This document shows, piece after piece, positions 22,712 through 50,668 of a DNA stretch of 64,000 nucleotides. Location of the stretch: contig CBDBCZ010000016.1 in NCBI GenBank assembly GCA_965203295.1, positions 1,408,001 to 1,472,000 of the forward strand, written 5' to 3'. This DNA comes from Nitrospirales bacterium (GTDB lineage: Bacteria; Nitrospirota; Nitrospiria; Nitrospirales; UBA8639). A program made the translations under genes and the position numbers. Position 1 is the stretch's first letter; every line of letters starts with the position of its first letter. Below the pieces are notes generated by a model. It had not been told where the DNA came from. It did no database searches and saw only the letters and a list, made by a program, of their open reading frames with translations.

Positions 22712-23521
22712 GAGGAGGTCGGAAGCGTATGCGGATGTAAACGGAATTCCGTCTACGTACACTTATGCGATGATGTCATGGCTCCGCGAAGAGCCAATTT
22801 GCGGAGCACGTTGCCGTCGAGTTTTGGAGTGGCTCCACTCGCCCTGCAAAGTATCTAGAGTCACTACTGCGGAATGTTTTGAAGAGCCTAGATGGGTATA
22901 AACGGATTCTGAGCGTTTAAAGACTAAAAGACCTCTGCTGTTAGGAGCCAGGGTAAGCCGAAAATGGTACTAAGAATAGAGGTTAAAAAGTAGTAGTTTG
23001 GAATCATCAGGCATAGTACTTTCATCAGGTGAAATTGCTGAGTTCATATCTCCTAGCGTTTAGGTGCTAAACATGATTCAACTCTGGCAACTTTGGAGGT
23101 ATTTCTAAATAATGCCCAACTTCAGAGGCCCATAACTCCAAAACTAAGGGCCCATAAACGGTGATTGCTAGAATCACTAACACTTGCTCTTTCAAATAGC
23201 GTAAGTCCCATGATTCTAGCTGCCTCCGTTATGGAGCTACAGCCGCTCAAACACACGTCATGTTTGCCCTCTATTCTTAGTACCATTTTCGGCTTACCCT
23301 GGCTCCTAGCAGGAGAGGTCTTTTAGTCTTTAAACGCTCAGAATCCATTTATACCCATCTAGGTTCTTCAAAACATTCCGCAGTAGCGACTCTAGATACT
23401 TTCCAGGGCGAGTGGAGCCGCTCCAAAACTCGACGGCAACGTGCTCCGCCATTGGCTCTTCGCGGAGCCATGACATCATCGCATAAGCGTACGTAGATCC
23501 ACATACGCTTCCGACCTCCTC
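22712..23521. mobile_element. Foldback element with ~270-bp inverted arms
   Basis: 22712-22983 is the reverse complement of 23268-23521. The mirror ORFs ...CFEEPRWV appear on both strands. Confidence 0.8.
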
Positions 23522-23551
23522 TGTCTACGTCTGTGCGCAGTGCATGAGGCC

Positions 23552-23670
23552 TAGTCTCGTGCCCAGACACCCACGCCTTTCCGGCAGCGCTAGCGAGGGG
23601 GAGGAGCGACGGTCTAGGCACGAGATCGAGCTCGTGCCCAGCCGGAAATTTCACGCTGGGCACGAGACTA
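23552..23670. mobile_element. TAGTCTCG-type MITE with catgaggcc flanking duplication
   Basis: tagtctcgtgcccag...ctgggcacgagacta. Confidence 0.7.
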
Positions 23671-23974
23671 ACATGAGGCCGGCCAGGCCACGCGCAGAGA
23701 CGCGTGACGAGTTGACCACACCCATTACTTTTAAGATATGACATCACATTCGCGCATGGCTTGCACTTCCGTCAAGATTAATTGTCTCGCGCTATTAAAG
23801 GCGCTCGGCAACTAGACACTGAGTAGAAAGTGAACCGAAAACTGTATAGAGGCGGGCAAAGAAGACCTAGGTGGGTGAAAATAGAATAGAAGGACAGTCC
23901 TTCTACTCTACATGTAGCTACTTAGCTACCGGTAGCTATCTATAGACAGCCAAAGTCAGTTGAGGACTTTTAAA

Positions 23975-25435
23975 ATTGAGGGGCTGAGAAGCATAGTGTG
24001 CTAACTCGCAAACATTGAATTAGCCCCTTCAAACTGTGTCTCATGCATGCCCACAGTAAAAAAGGAATTATCATATTGACCAGAAGTTGTTCGTTGAATT
24101 TCAATTGAGTGAACACAGCCAAGAGCCATTTAATACAGCAATGGGCAATTGCTAATTACACAGTTCTTGCACTATTGACCAAGAATGTGAAAATACGTTA
24201 CTAGTGCACTAATTTAACGTTTTCTGCATTCTTGATGCACTCCCTCCGTGTATTTTGGGCCTTGGTACATGTAGCATTCAGGAACTCTGACAAGTCAACA
24301 ACACACTGCTGGTGAAATTTTTTTACTTTTTTAACTGTGCAATTCATGCCAATTTCCAGTTTGATTTTGGATTTTGGATTGGCACGAGATCTCAGCCCTT
24401 CAATTGTATATATCAGAGTATATAGGTAGGAGTTAGATCTCAAAGTGGTGTTTTGACCACAATGCTTGAATTGTCATACATTTTTGTGAGTCTTTCACTG
24501 TCTATCATGCAAGGGACTCAACACAGTAACTCGAGAAGATTCTAGGAACCTCAGGCTCCTAGAACCTCCTTCATTTAGTATGTTGAGTCTCTGAGGTTCC
24601 TGGAAACTTCTCCAGTTACTATGTTGAGTCCCAAATAGAATTGCCATATTGACTAGTGGGATGTTGTTTGAGTTTCAACATGCATGGATAATAGCAGCAA
24701 CATTACTTTCCTCTGAGTCTTACCTATGCCTCCTCTACATGCATGGTTTTACCTTAGTGATGCACTTTAATCATCCGTATCGGTAAATGCTTTCACATGC
24801 ATTCTTTTACCCACAGCGATCAATCTGTATCCATGCTTGTGATGTGTTGAAATTCAAACAACAGCCCACTAGTCAATAATTTTATTATATCAATTCTATT
24901 TTAGCTGTGCATGATTAAAAACTTACAACTTGTATAAAATCCGTATGGAAGGAGTAACAAATCACCACTTTTTGGTCTATTTCCTACTTTCATAGCTACT
25001 CAGATCAGGTATTCACTATGTAGTCAATACAGCCATTACTTTTTTCCTGTATTAATTGAAACACATTACTAGGGTGTGGTAACTATGAACTCAGGACATT
25101 ACATAACTAATATTGATATGGGAGTTTTCACACCCCTGAACGGGAACCATTGTGGAAGTAGCTGAATAGTTTATTGTACCAATAGTTAGAAGGAAATGGC
25201 TTTCTTATAGGATATTGTACATTCATGTATTTGATTAATTGCTTTCAGTTTTGTACTTCCTAGACATTTCCCACTCGTTTCCTAGTCATTGTGTTTAGTA
25301 TATAAGTGAGCATCATTGCTGTATTATTCAGTTCGATTAATGCATCTTTCAAGAAACCTCTGGTTACCACATAGGGAGAAGTCTTTTTTATTGGGTTAGA
25401 GCACTCTAGTTCTCAGCTCTTTAGATAACGTGTTA
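23975..25435. mobile_element. Composite nest of TIR elements specific to unit B
   Basis: aattgaggggctgaga...tctcagcccttcaatt (23975-24405, termini related to the 4315 element); inverted pairs at 24513-24632 and 24633-24902; absent from unit A. Confidence 0.6.
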
Positions 25436-25701
25436 ATTCAGAGGCATGCTCGTTCTAAAGATGATTTTTGACTTACAATAATTACACTCCTTGTGCCTAC
25501 TAGCTGCCAGGCTTAGCAGTATTAGGTTGTAAAAGAGCAAATATTTCTTGAATGGCAGGATCATGAATAATTAAGAAACAAGTATTGCAAGATTGACATC
25601 TGCTACGACCTAGTACCTCATATTTTCTGACCTCTGGCTTTACAGATTGGAACTCTGACCGTGCTATTGTATATACCGTGCAAGTATCAACACAGGAAGC
25701 T

Positions 25702-28700
25702 ATGAGCTCCCGAATATTAGCTCTGCTGTTTGGAATCATTCTTCCACTGTGTTTTGCGCAGCCAAACTACTATGTCAAACCAACGGCTGATACACAGTGT
25801 CCAGTTGGCATCCCAGAATCAAACTGCCTCACACTTGCTGAATACGTTGGACAGGCAGACCAGTACTTCACCCCTGGTGCTACTTTGAAGTTCCTGTCTG
25901 GGGTCCACACTCTGCATCGCAATGTCTCAGTTGAGAATATTGATAGTCTGACGCTTGAAGGAGACACTAGCAATACCCCAAATGTCACAAGCAGAATCGT
26001 GTGTACCTGGCCAGCCGGCTTCTTGTTTCGAAACATCAGTCGGCTACTAATTAACTCTTTAGCCTTTGCTAACTGTGGGAGTGTTGACAATGCAGCAGTA
26101 AGGATTACATCTGTAGACTCTTGTGAGTTTAGAAGGTGCTTGTTTGATAGCAACATGAACCAGCAGAGTACTGGCGGAGCTCTAGAGGTCAAAGGTGGCC
26201 AGCTTACCATCACTGAATCTCGTTTCAACAAGAACTATGGTGGAGGGATGTATGCCAACAATGCTGTTGTAAATATTCGAGATAGCATATTCACTGATAA
26301 TATTCCAGCACTACTTGGTGGAGCAATCTTTGTTTCCGAAGGTAATGTGACCATATATGGAGACACGAGAATGACGGGTAATTTCGCGCAGTATGGTGGT
26401 GGTATTGCTATGGTGGAAAGTACACTCGATCTGGATGGAACTTGTACAATTCACCGAAATGGAGCTGGATTTGGTGGGGGTATCTATGCACAGGAGAGCT
26501 TTATACAATTAACAAACACTACTAGTTTAAGTAGTAATGCTGCTACTTATGGAGGTGGAATATATGCATTAAGGGCCGTACTTCTCTTTGAAGGAAACCC
26601 CTGTTTCGTGGATAACTCAGCTACAATGGATGGAGGAGCACTGCTTCTCGTCAGTGATTCTTCCTGCTCTTTCTCGAGTAATACCATAGTAGACTTTGTG
26701 GGTAATAGTGCGGAGAAACAGGGAGGAGCGATCAAAGCAGACGACCTTAACCCTCTGACATACTGCACTGAGAGTACATTAGCGTTTCAAACTCAGTGTT
26801 TTTTCCGAGTTCCCCCCTTACGTCAGTACAGTGGACACCCCAACATCACCTTAAACTTTTACAACAATAGCGCTGCTGAAGGAGGCGGAGATATTTTCGG
26901 AGGATCGATAGATAACTGTGAAATGCCATACGTAACAACAGACAATCTGACCAGTGGTCAGGTGTTTGATCTCATCAAAAATAAATCAGTAACGTCTCTT
27001 GATATAACATCCGTCCCACTCCAGATTTGCAATTGTGAAAACGACCAAATGAACTGCAACAACCCACTGCTACGGAAAGCCGTATACCCCGGTGGAACTG
27101 TGCAAGTTTCCGTGGTGGTGCTTGGGCAGAGAGGTGGAATCACTGTAGATGATGTCAGACTTTATTTGCCACCCCAGAGTGAAATTGAAGTGGAACCAAG
27201 TCAAATTACCCAGAGAACTAATCGAAAGTGTACCACTTTAAAGTACACAATACGTTCCTCGGCTGTGAATAAAACACATAATAAATTACTGATTCCGGTT
27301 CATGGGCCATGTCCACGAGTGTTTGTCAACGTCTCCCTTCAGATTCTTCCCTGTCCTCCTGGCTTTGAATTGTCACAGCAGCAAGCGTGCATTTGTGACC
27401 AAAGACTGGCTGACTACACAAATACTTGCAGTGCAGATAATGGCACCATTCTACGTGATACTAGTGACTCCTTTTGGGTCGGCGTTGATGATGAAACTCA
27501 AGAGCTGCTTCTCCACCCCTCGTGTGTCTATGACTACTGCATATCGGAGACTTCAAAATTTATATCGGTGAACAAAAGTGATGCCCAATGTAACTACAAT
27601 AGATCAGGAAAAGTGTGTGGAGGCTGTAGTGAAGGCTTAAGTGTTGTTCTAAGTAGCTCTCGCTGCTTGCAATGCTCTAACAGCTATCTAGCTCTCCTGG
27701 TTCCATTCACTCTTGCTGGTATTGCTTTGGTGTTTCTGCTGTTTGTGCTCAATTTGACAGTAACCATGGGTACTATCAACGGGCTAGTCTTCTACGTCAA
27801 CGTTCTTGCTGCAAGCAACATCTTCAGCACTGGAGAGAGGAATGTGTTAACTGTATTCGTAGCTTGGTTAAATTTGGATCTTGGAATCGAGACCTGTTTT
27901 TATGACGGCATGGATGTATACGGGTATGCGTGGCTCCAGTTTGCATATCCAATATACATATGGCTTCTAGTTGGACTGGTAGTCCTCACCAGCCATTATT
28001 CTTCCAAAATAGCTAACCACCTGGGACACAACCCTATTGCAGTGCTTGCAACACTTTTTCTTCTCTCTTACACAAAAATTTTTCGTGCTATTTGCACTGC
28101 TGTTTCCTACACAGATGTGTTTCATCCTGCCTCAAAGAGCAGAGTTTGGTTTGAAGATGCCAATGTAGCGTTCTTGAGGGGCAAACATATTCCTCTCTTC
28201 TTCTTTTCTGTTGTAGTATTCGTGCTTTTTAGTGCCCCTTTCACGCTGGTACTTCTTTTTGGGAGCTTGATGCGAAAATCTAATAGCAGACTACTTGCGT
28301 GGATCAACTCTCCTAAACTAATGAAGCCATTCCTTGATGCCTTCTATGCCCCGTACAAAGACAATCACCATTACTGGACTGGCTGGCTACTGCTGCTTCG
28401 CTTTATCCTGTTTCTTTCCTTTATCATCAATTCTTTTGGAGATAGAAGCTTCAATCTCTTACTGATTATCCTGGGCAGTTTCACTACTCTAGTATTGGCT
28501 TGGAATACTGGAGGAATTTACAAGAACTGGTGTCTCGACTTACTTGAATCATTCTTTTTCCTCCAGTTGGGCATCTTTGCTGCTGGTGTTTACTATGTGA
28601 GAGAAATTGATGGTAATCTAGCTGCACTTTCCTATACAATGCTTAGCATAGACTTTCTGGTGTTTATTGGAATAATCATTTTTCACATTTTTATGCGAGT

Positions 28701-28902
28701 AACCGAAACCAGAGTGTGGAAAAACTTGGGAATAAAAGTATCAAAGCATCTGAATAAACAGGAGGACATTGAAAACCACGAAGATGTCGACATTGAGCTT
28801 CACAAAATTGTCGCACAACACCATGATGATACCACACACAGCCGCCCAAGGGTGACATACAGTGAGCTACGAGAGCCACTGATTGACGACCCGTATGCAT
28901 AA
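25702..28902 (+). CDS. Beta-helix/multipass receptor-like protein, copy B (1066 aa)
   Basis: Colinear, highly similar paralog of 16126-19332 with an intact ORF. Confidence 0.88.
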   Translation: MSSRILALLFGIILPLCFAQPNYYVKPTADTQCPVGIPESNCLTLAEYVGQADQYFTPGATLKFLSGVHTLHRNVSVENIDSLTLEGDTSNTPNVTSRIVCTWPAGFLFRNISRLLINSLAFANCGSVDNAAVRITSVDSCEFRRCLFDSNMNQQSTGGALEVKGGQLTITESRFNKNYGGGMYANNAVVNIRDSIFTDNIPALLGGAIFVSEGNVTIYGDTRMTGNFAQYGGGIAMVESTLDLDGTCTIHRNGAGFGGGIYAQESFIQLTNTTSLSSNAATYGGGIYALRAVLLFEGNPCFVDNSATMDGGALLLVSDSSCSFSSNTIVDFVGNSAEKQGGAIKADDLNPLTYCTESTLAFQTQCFFRVPPLRQYSGHPNITLNFYNNSAAEGGGDIFGGSIDNCEMPYVTTDNLTSGQVFDLIKNKSVTSLDITSVPLQICNCENDQMNCNNPLLRKAVYPGGTVQVSVVVLGQRGGITVDDVRLYLPPQSEIEVEPSQITQRTNRKCTTLKYTIRSSAVNKTHNKLLIPVHGPCPRVFVNVSLQILPCPPGFELSQQQACICDQRLADYTNTCSADNGTILRDTSDSFWVGVDDETQELLLHPSCVYDYCISETSKFISVNKSDAQCNYNRSGKVCGGCSEGLSVVLSSSRCLQCSNSYLALLVPFTLAGIALVFLLFVLNLTVTMGTINGLVFYVNVLAASNIFSTGERNVLTVFVAWLNLDLGIETCFYDGMDVYGYAWLQFAYPIYIWLLVGLVVLTSHYSSKIANHLGHNPIAVLATLFLLSYTKIFRAICTAVSYTDVFHPASKSRVWFEDANVAFLRGKHIPLFFFSVVVFVLFSAPFTLVLLFGSLMRKSNSRLLAWINSPKLMKPFLDAFYAPYKDNHHYWTGWLLLLRFILFLSFIINSFGDRSFNLLLIILGSFTTLVLAWNTGGIYKNWCLDLLESFFFLQLGIFAAGVYYVREIDGNLAALSYTMLSIDFLVFIGIIIFHIFMRVTETRVWKNLGIKVSKHLNKQEDIENHEDVDIELHKIVAQHHDDTTHSRPRVTYSELREPLIDDPYA

Positions 28903-29150
28903 ATAATATCACACAAACTTACTGTCTGCTATAGCACTAAGTCTTGTACTGCATCTCTCACGCAATTGTTTTAAGTTGCTGTATTGCCAACGTTGTGTGT
29001 TCATTTCCATGTACAGTTAGCCATATTTTAGTGTCTCTAAGTGTGTGTCGGCACACACTTACAGACACTAAAATATGTGTGCCCCTATGCTGTAACTGCA
29101 TGCATGTTATGTTTAAATTATTTTTTTCAGTTGCAATGGACTACTTTTCT

Positions 29151-29800
29151 TGTACCATAATGCACCTCTACATGAAAGGCACCGCCCAGGGTATATCAGC
29201 CATACACCCTAGCGGCTCATTTGAACTGTCAATATACCCTAGGGTATAATTATGGTTGCCAGGCAACTAATGGTTCTCCATTAGCGCTTGTCATAACTAA
29301 CAGCGTTTGTAATTGTATTATGGTACAAGTCACCTGTACCATGGGTTTCTAGGGTGCATGGGTTTGTACTCTTTGTGCAGTTATATGTATTCCCAAGGGC
29401 GCATATAACTGCCCTCAGAGTACAAATCCATACACCCTAGAAACCCATGGTACAACTATTACTTATACCACATTACATCACATCCAAGGTGTTTGATTGA
29501 AGCAGAAGCGGAGTATAAAGGGTCATATACCACGCTTATGTTTTCATGTTTTCACGTATTATGACATCGTAAATAACTGCTGCCTCTGGGAATGCTAGCC
29601 CAGCGTTTCTAGGTACCTACTCCACTGATTGGTCAAATGTTGTATAAGCCGGATATACCACGCCTACTCGGAGTATAAACGCGATATACTCGGCTAGGCT
29701 GTTTACCCTCGGCTATCGCCTCGGGTAAACCGTCTAGCGGAGTATATCTGCGTTTATACTCCTCGTAGACGTGGTATATCCTATACATATACATACAATT
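29151..29800. mobile_element. Insertion(s) carrying long hairpins (29335-29454; 29651-29781)
   Basis: Absent from unit A (actacttttc|atattatc near 19545). Apex gtttaccctcggctatcgcctcgggtaaac. Confidence 0.7.
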
Positions 29801-30153
29801 GTCATGTATTATCCTTTAATTAGCTGATAGGGTATATTCTGTACCTTGAATTTTTGGTGCAACTTTTACGTAAAGACAAATCTCTGCAGGATGACAGACT
29901 GCACGAGCTACGCTGCATGTGTAACAGTTCCAAATAACATTGATAGTTTATGGGTTTATGATACATTTCACTGAGCAGTAGTTCCAATATTACCTATGCC
30001 CATGAACTATTACCAGCTATGAAAGTCTTCCTTACTTACATACAAATTAATACACATGTGATTCTGTTTCTGTTGGTTGGTATTTAATTGAGACTATAGG
30101 CCAATGAGGTTATATGAGCACACATGCTCTAATATTTATGCACGTGTTCTTTG

Positions 30154-30546
30154 TATTAGATAAACCACGCCACCCAGGGCTGTATGGGTTTTAGAGTACA
30201 TGTACACGAGGGCAATAACAATTAGAGCACGAGGGCGAAGCCCGAGGGCTCTTAGACTAATTGTTATTACACGAGTGTACTCTAAAACCCATACTGCCCG
30301 CAGGTGGCGTGATTTAACTGATTTGTAGCCCAATGGCTTCTGTCAGCTTGAGGTAGTACAACACTGAGCGTGTGCAAGTTGTAATCAGTGCTGGATGGTG
30401 CGCGTGCAGTGAGTATCTAAGTCCTAGACCACAGGGCAATATATATATATTGCCCCAACCGCAGGGCAATATGAGCGTACTCAAGGCTCTAAGGCATATA
30501 TTGCCCTGTCGGTACCTTTGTTCCACCCACGCAAAGGGCTACAAGT
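30154..30546. mobile_element. Insertion with terminal GA/GA hairpin (30161-30316, apex GGGCGAAGCCC) and short inverted segment ttgtagccc...gggctacaa
   Basis: Empty site in unit A: cacgtgttctttgcggaatctg (~19850-19870). Confidence 0.72.
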
Positions 30547-30584
30547 GGAGTCTGTAATTGCAGTAAAGTATCACTACATTGTAC

Positions 30585-30636
30585 TAGCCTCGCTCCCAAG
30601 CCTCCGCATAGCTTTTGTCGCCTGGGAACGAGGCTA
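30585..30636. mobile_element. Tiny MITE with 9-bp TSD acattgtac
   Basis: tagcctcgctccca...tgggaacgaggcta; empty site in unit A near 19895. Confidence 0.85.
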
Positions 30637-30871
30637 ACATTGTACCAATGGTGGAAAAAAAAAAAAAAAAAAAAAAACTCTGCCAAGACATGCTGTCTTG
30701 AAGTCTATATGCATGCCCTTGAACAGATGGAGCTATGAATTTACTAGGTCTCTTATGCATGTAAACAATGTGGAAGATGTAAATCTAGACAAGGCATTCA
30801 GCAATAATACAGACAATTGCAGGACACATGGCTATATCAGAGCTAATTATTAGGCTTGATTTAAATGAACA

Positions 30872-31888
30872 TCACTTTGGCATGTACAAAACAAGAAGCT
30901 TAGAGCAAAGACCATCCACTATGTCTCCTTCTGGAATGACGTACTCCCCTGAAATTCTGTGAGGTCCCACCTCAAACAGGTTATTGTTGCTAGTCACCAG
31001 GTCCCCGTATCGCCACAGACCCAGGTGTCGGCTTTTACCATGTCTTGCAAAAACAAAGAGGGATTGTAAGAGGTACGTAGAGCTGTCTTGGCTCAGAGAA
31101 GAAAGTTTCCGCACGAAAGCTTCTCTTGATGTTGAGTTGCTCTGCAGCTTATAATGTCCTGGAATAGTATGGTTAGCTTCACAGCATTCCAGAAGATATG
31201 TGGGGTCAAAAGTGCAGCGATCTGTACGTATAACGAGGGCAAATCCTACCAGTAAGCACCAGTGAGCTTTATGGCCATTTTCTAGGCAAGGGGAGTGGTT
31301 TTTATCAGCATCGTAGGGAAGTAGAATGGCTTGATTTTCCAGGAGAGTTTCTAGAAGAGTTTTCAATCCAATGGAGTCAGCATTGGCCACTTTCCCATGA
31401 CACTGAAGCTGACTTTTGGCAATCCTGAGCATGTACTCCACAGAGAACATCTCTCCTCGCTTAGAGAGGAGGTTCGCCTTCGCAAAGTCCAGCAAGGCAT
31501 CGGGCTGGCTTCCGGGCGAGACCCGACCCTCGTGGAGGAGCCCCGAGGCCATGCTGAGGGCAACCAACCCACACATGGGGCCACTCTGGATCACAGGGCG
31601 GACGTTGTGAACGAACGTGATCACACATCTACTAGGGCCACGATCGCTTGTACTACCGGCACCAGAGGCAGTCACAGCTAGTAATAATGGGGCGAGGAGG
31701 TATGGAATCTCTTCCTCAAGCTTCAGTGGCTCCCTGATGTACTGGTGCCCATCATGGCCCTTGGTCAACTCTGAGTCACTGTCCTCACTGCTCAGTAGAC
31801 ACTTACTCCCTTCAGTTGATAAAGACTCACGCCCAGGAGGGGGAGGGGGAGGGGGAGGGGGAGGGGGAGGGGGATTAGTAGTTGCCAT
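30872..31888 (-). CDS. ACTMAP: Actin maturation protease (C19orf54/UPF0692 family), 338 aa, intronless
   Basis: N-terminal polyproline; QSGPMCGLVAL (catalytic Cys region); GEMFS; PYDADKNHSPC...GHKAHW; ARHGKSRHL..W...SN.NL. Confidence 0.88.
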   Translation of the reverse strand: MATTNPPPPPPPPPPPPPGRESLSTEGSKCLLSSEDSDSELTKGHDGHQYIREPLKLEEEIPYLLAPLLLAVTASGAGSTSDRGPSRCVITFVHNVRPVIQSGPMCGLVALSMASGLLHEGRVSPGSQPDALLDFAKANLLSKRGEMFSVEYMLRIAKSQLQCHGKVANADSIGLKTLLETLLENQAILLPYDADKNHSPCLENGHKAHWCLLVGFALVIRTDRCTFDPTYLLECCEANHTIPGHYKLQSNSTSREAFVRKLSSLSQDSSTYLLQSLFVFARHGKSRHLGLWRYGDLVTSNNNLFEVGPHRISGEYVIPEGDIVDGLCSKLLVLYMPK

Positions 31889-31995
31889 AATTCTCACGAT
31901 TGAGTCATAATTACAGGAGCAGCCCGGAAGCCGTAGCCGCTCAAAGATACTTTAATCACAAATCAGCGCAAGTCGGCCAGAGTCGAGACCCTGCG
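31889..31995. promoter_or_regulatory. Putative compact bidirectional promoter
   Basis: Only 107 bp separates the divergent ATGs. Contains CCGGAAG (ETS-type core) near 31924. Confidence 0.5.
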
Positions 31996-48515
<16,520 letters not shown>

Positions 48516-50605
48516 CCACCACTCATGATAGACTGTGTGCTGTTTGTCCGGCTTGAGAAGTTGACATACAGCATCATTTGTTGTTGTTTTTTATATACTG
48601 CAAAAAAATCCGCAGATTCTGTATTGTAGTATAATATATAGCAAAGAATCTTGCCGTTTTACACTCATGCTTGCACACCAGTTTGTGTGGGCGTGGTATC
48701 CCTCAGAGTGTCTTACTGTTTACCTGGTGGGACGTACCATTCCAACATGTGCCAACCTGGACCCGGAATCAAAATTAATGCTATTTTCGATTCTTATCCA
48801 CTATCTCAGAGTGGCTATTCCCCAGAACCTATTAATTTACAGGTTTCATACGTGTCGTCGAGTAATCAATTTCCGGCACGTGCAAACCAAACCCATAAGC
48901 AAATTTAAGATTTTACCGAGCTAATAAGACTATGTCGAAAACCTGGAGTGCTGAGCGTCAGTATAGGTTGCAGTTTCCTCAGAAACTGATTGAGGTTCAG
49001 CACCTGCAGTTCGGGTGCTGATCGACTGATTGGAGGGCAGAGTACAATGTCAGTTTTTGTAATATCAGAACCATGCAGTGTAGACTAACTCGGCAATGCT
49101 TGTTTATAGCATAATTTGCTATAATATTGCAATACGTCTGCATCAACTGATTGAGTTTCAGCGCCTAAACTGAAGTGCTGAACTTCTGTAGATTATGGCC
49201 ATTAGCCAGCCCAGCAACTGATTGCGGCTCTGCAGGTTACAGCTATATATAGCAGTCTAGCAACCGATGGAGGTTCAGCACATAATACTTAGGTGCTGAA
49301 CTTCAGTAGGTTACGGTTTTACCAGAAACCGTAGTCACGTACCTACTACGAGGCTACAGAAACCGCGGGTACTAGGTGTCAGCTACATGTCATGATGATG
49401 AAAAATGAGAAGAAAAAAAAGAGGGAGGCCACACCTCTTTGCTTCCCACCTAGCCCATGGCATTCCCCCCCTGACTGTAAAAGCCCGAGGGTGTACGGCG
49501 CATCACCTCCACCAGCCAAACTAGCCAGGGATTCCTCCCAAGGGACTATCAGGAACCGAGGCCACATGCCCTCGCTTGGTCTCCCATCAGGAAGGACTCC
49601 GGTTTTTTGAGGAAGGATCAAGGGAGGAACCCGGACGGACCCTAGGCCGTATCGTCCGAGACCACGGTGGAAGTTTTCCTTCCACACTTACCAACCTCAA
49701 CCGGGCTTCCCGAAAGAAGCGACCAGCACTCGACCAGACCTTTTGCGCACCCCGAAGGGTACTGGGTCTGGCCACCGGCTGACAGCCAATAAATGGCTGC
49801 ACCAGAGGAGCCAACTCGGCCTTACTCTAGTGTCTTCCCAAGGCAATTTGCATGTACTCACAGCGATGAACTCTGCGAGGTGACCCGAAGTGAAACGCTG
49901 AAGGGCCGCTTTTTATACCCCCACTGTTGTAATTTGATTATGGGTTTTGCTTGCGATACGGCGCGGCAGCAACTGATTGCTCAGCAGCTGTGTTTCTGAG
50001 GATAATACCATAGCCCCCCCCCCCCCCCCCCCCCCCCCCCCAAATCTTGCAGCACGGCTACGTAACAGATCAGAGCGGGGGCCGGGGGGGGGGGGGGGGA
50101 ACGCGAAGTTTCCGGAAACCCCCCATTCAGTAATATGCAAGGCAGGCTGGCCCAGGCTGAGTGCCACTGGGAGCTGGCTGGCCTCGCGAAACTACTGCCG
50201 GCCGTCTTGCAGCAGTGTAACGATCTGTTGAATGTTCAGCAGCAGCTCTGCCTCGCGGTTTCATCACCACAGGTAGTCTAGACTAGACTAAACCAGCGGG
50301 TCCGACCCTCAAATTAAGGTCTGGGGCGGATTATCAGTCTGAGCAGCAAGACAAGCACTGAATAAATTGATCCATTATCATACTATTACAGTGCTTTTGC
50401 GGTTACATGTACTGCTGCCTCAATCTGTCAGTATAGTTTTCAAAAGTTAGGGTCAGACAAACGGGAGGGGGGAAACTAGCTAGCTGCATTGAATGAGTGT
50501 CGACATACAGGATATAGTGAGTGCACATGAGCGGGCACTACCCATTCAACTTCCTGCCAGACCAATACGTAGCCACGTCCAATATTTTTAGAAGTAGCAA
50601 TGTTG

Positions 50606-50668
50606 TAGCCTCATACCCAGGCCTTCCTGCGAAAATGCAGTGAGGGAAAAGGCCTGGGTATGAGGCTG
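50606..50668. mobile_element. MITE with 9-bp TSD gcaatgttg
   Basis: tagcctcatacccaggcc...ggcctgggtatgaggctg. Confidence 0.82.

Noticed and set aside
49380..50340. Coding gene, ribozyme or DIRS/LTR terminus in the GC-rich patch
   Set aside because: Only short unrecognisable ORFs. cagcgatga...gaaacgctg lacks a proper hammerhead core, and no second terminal repeat was seen.
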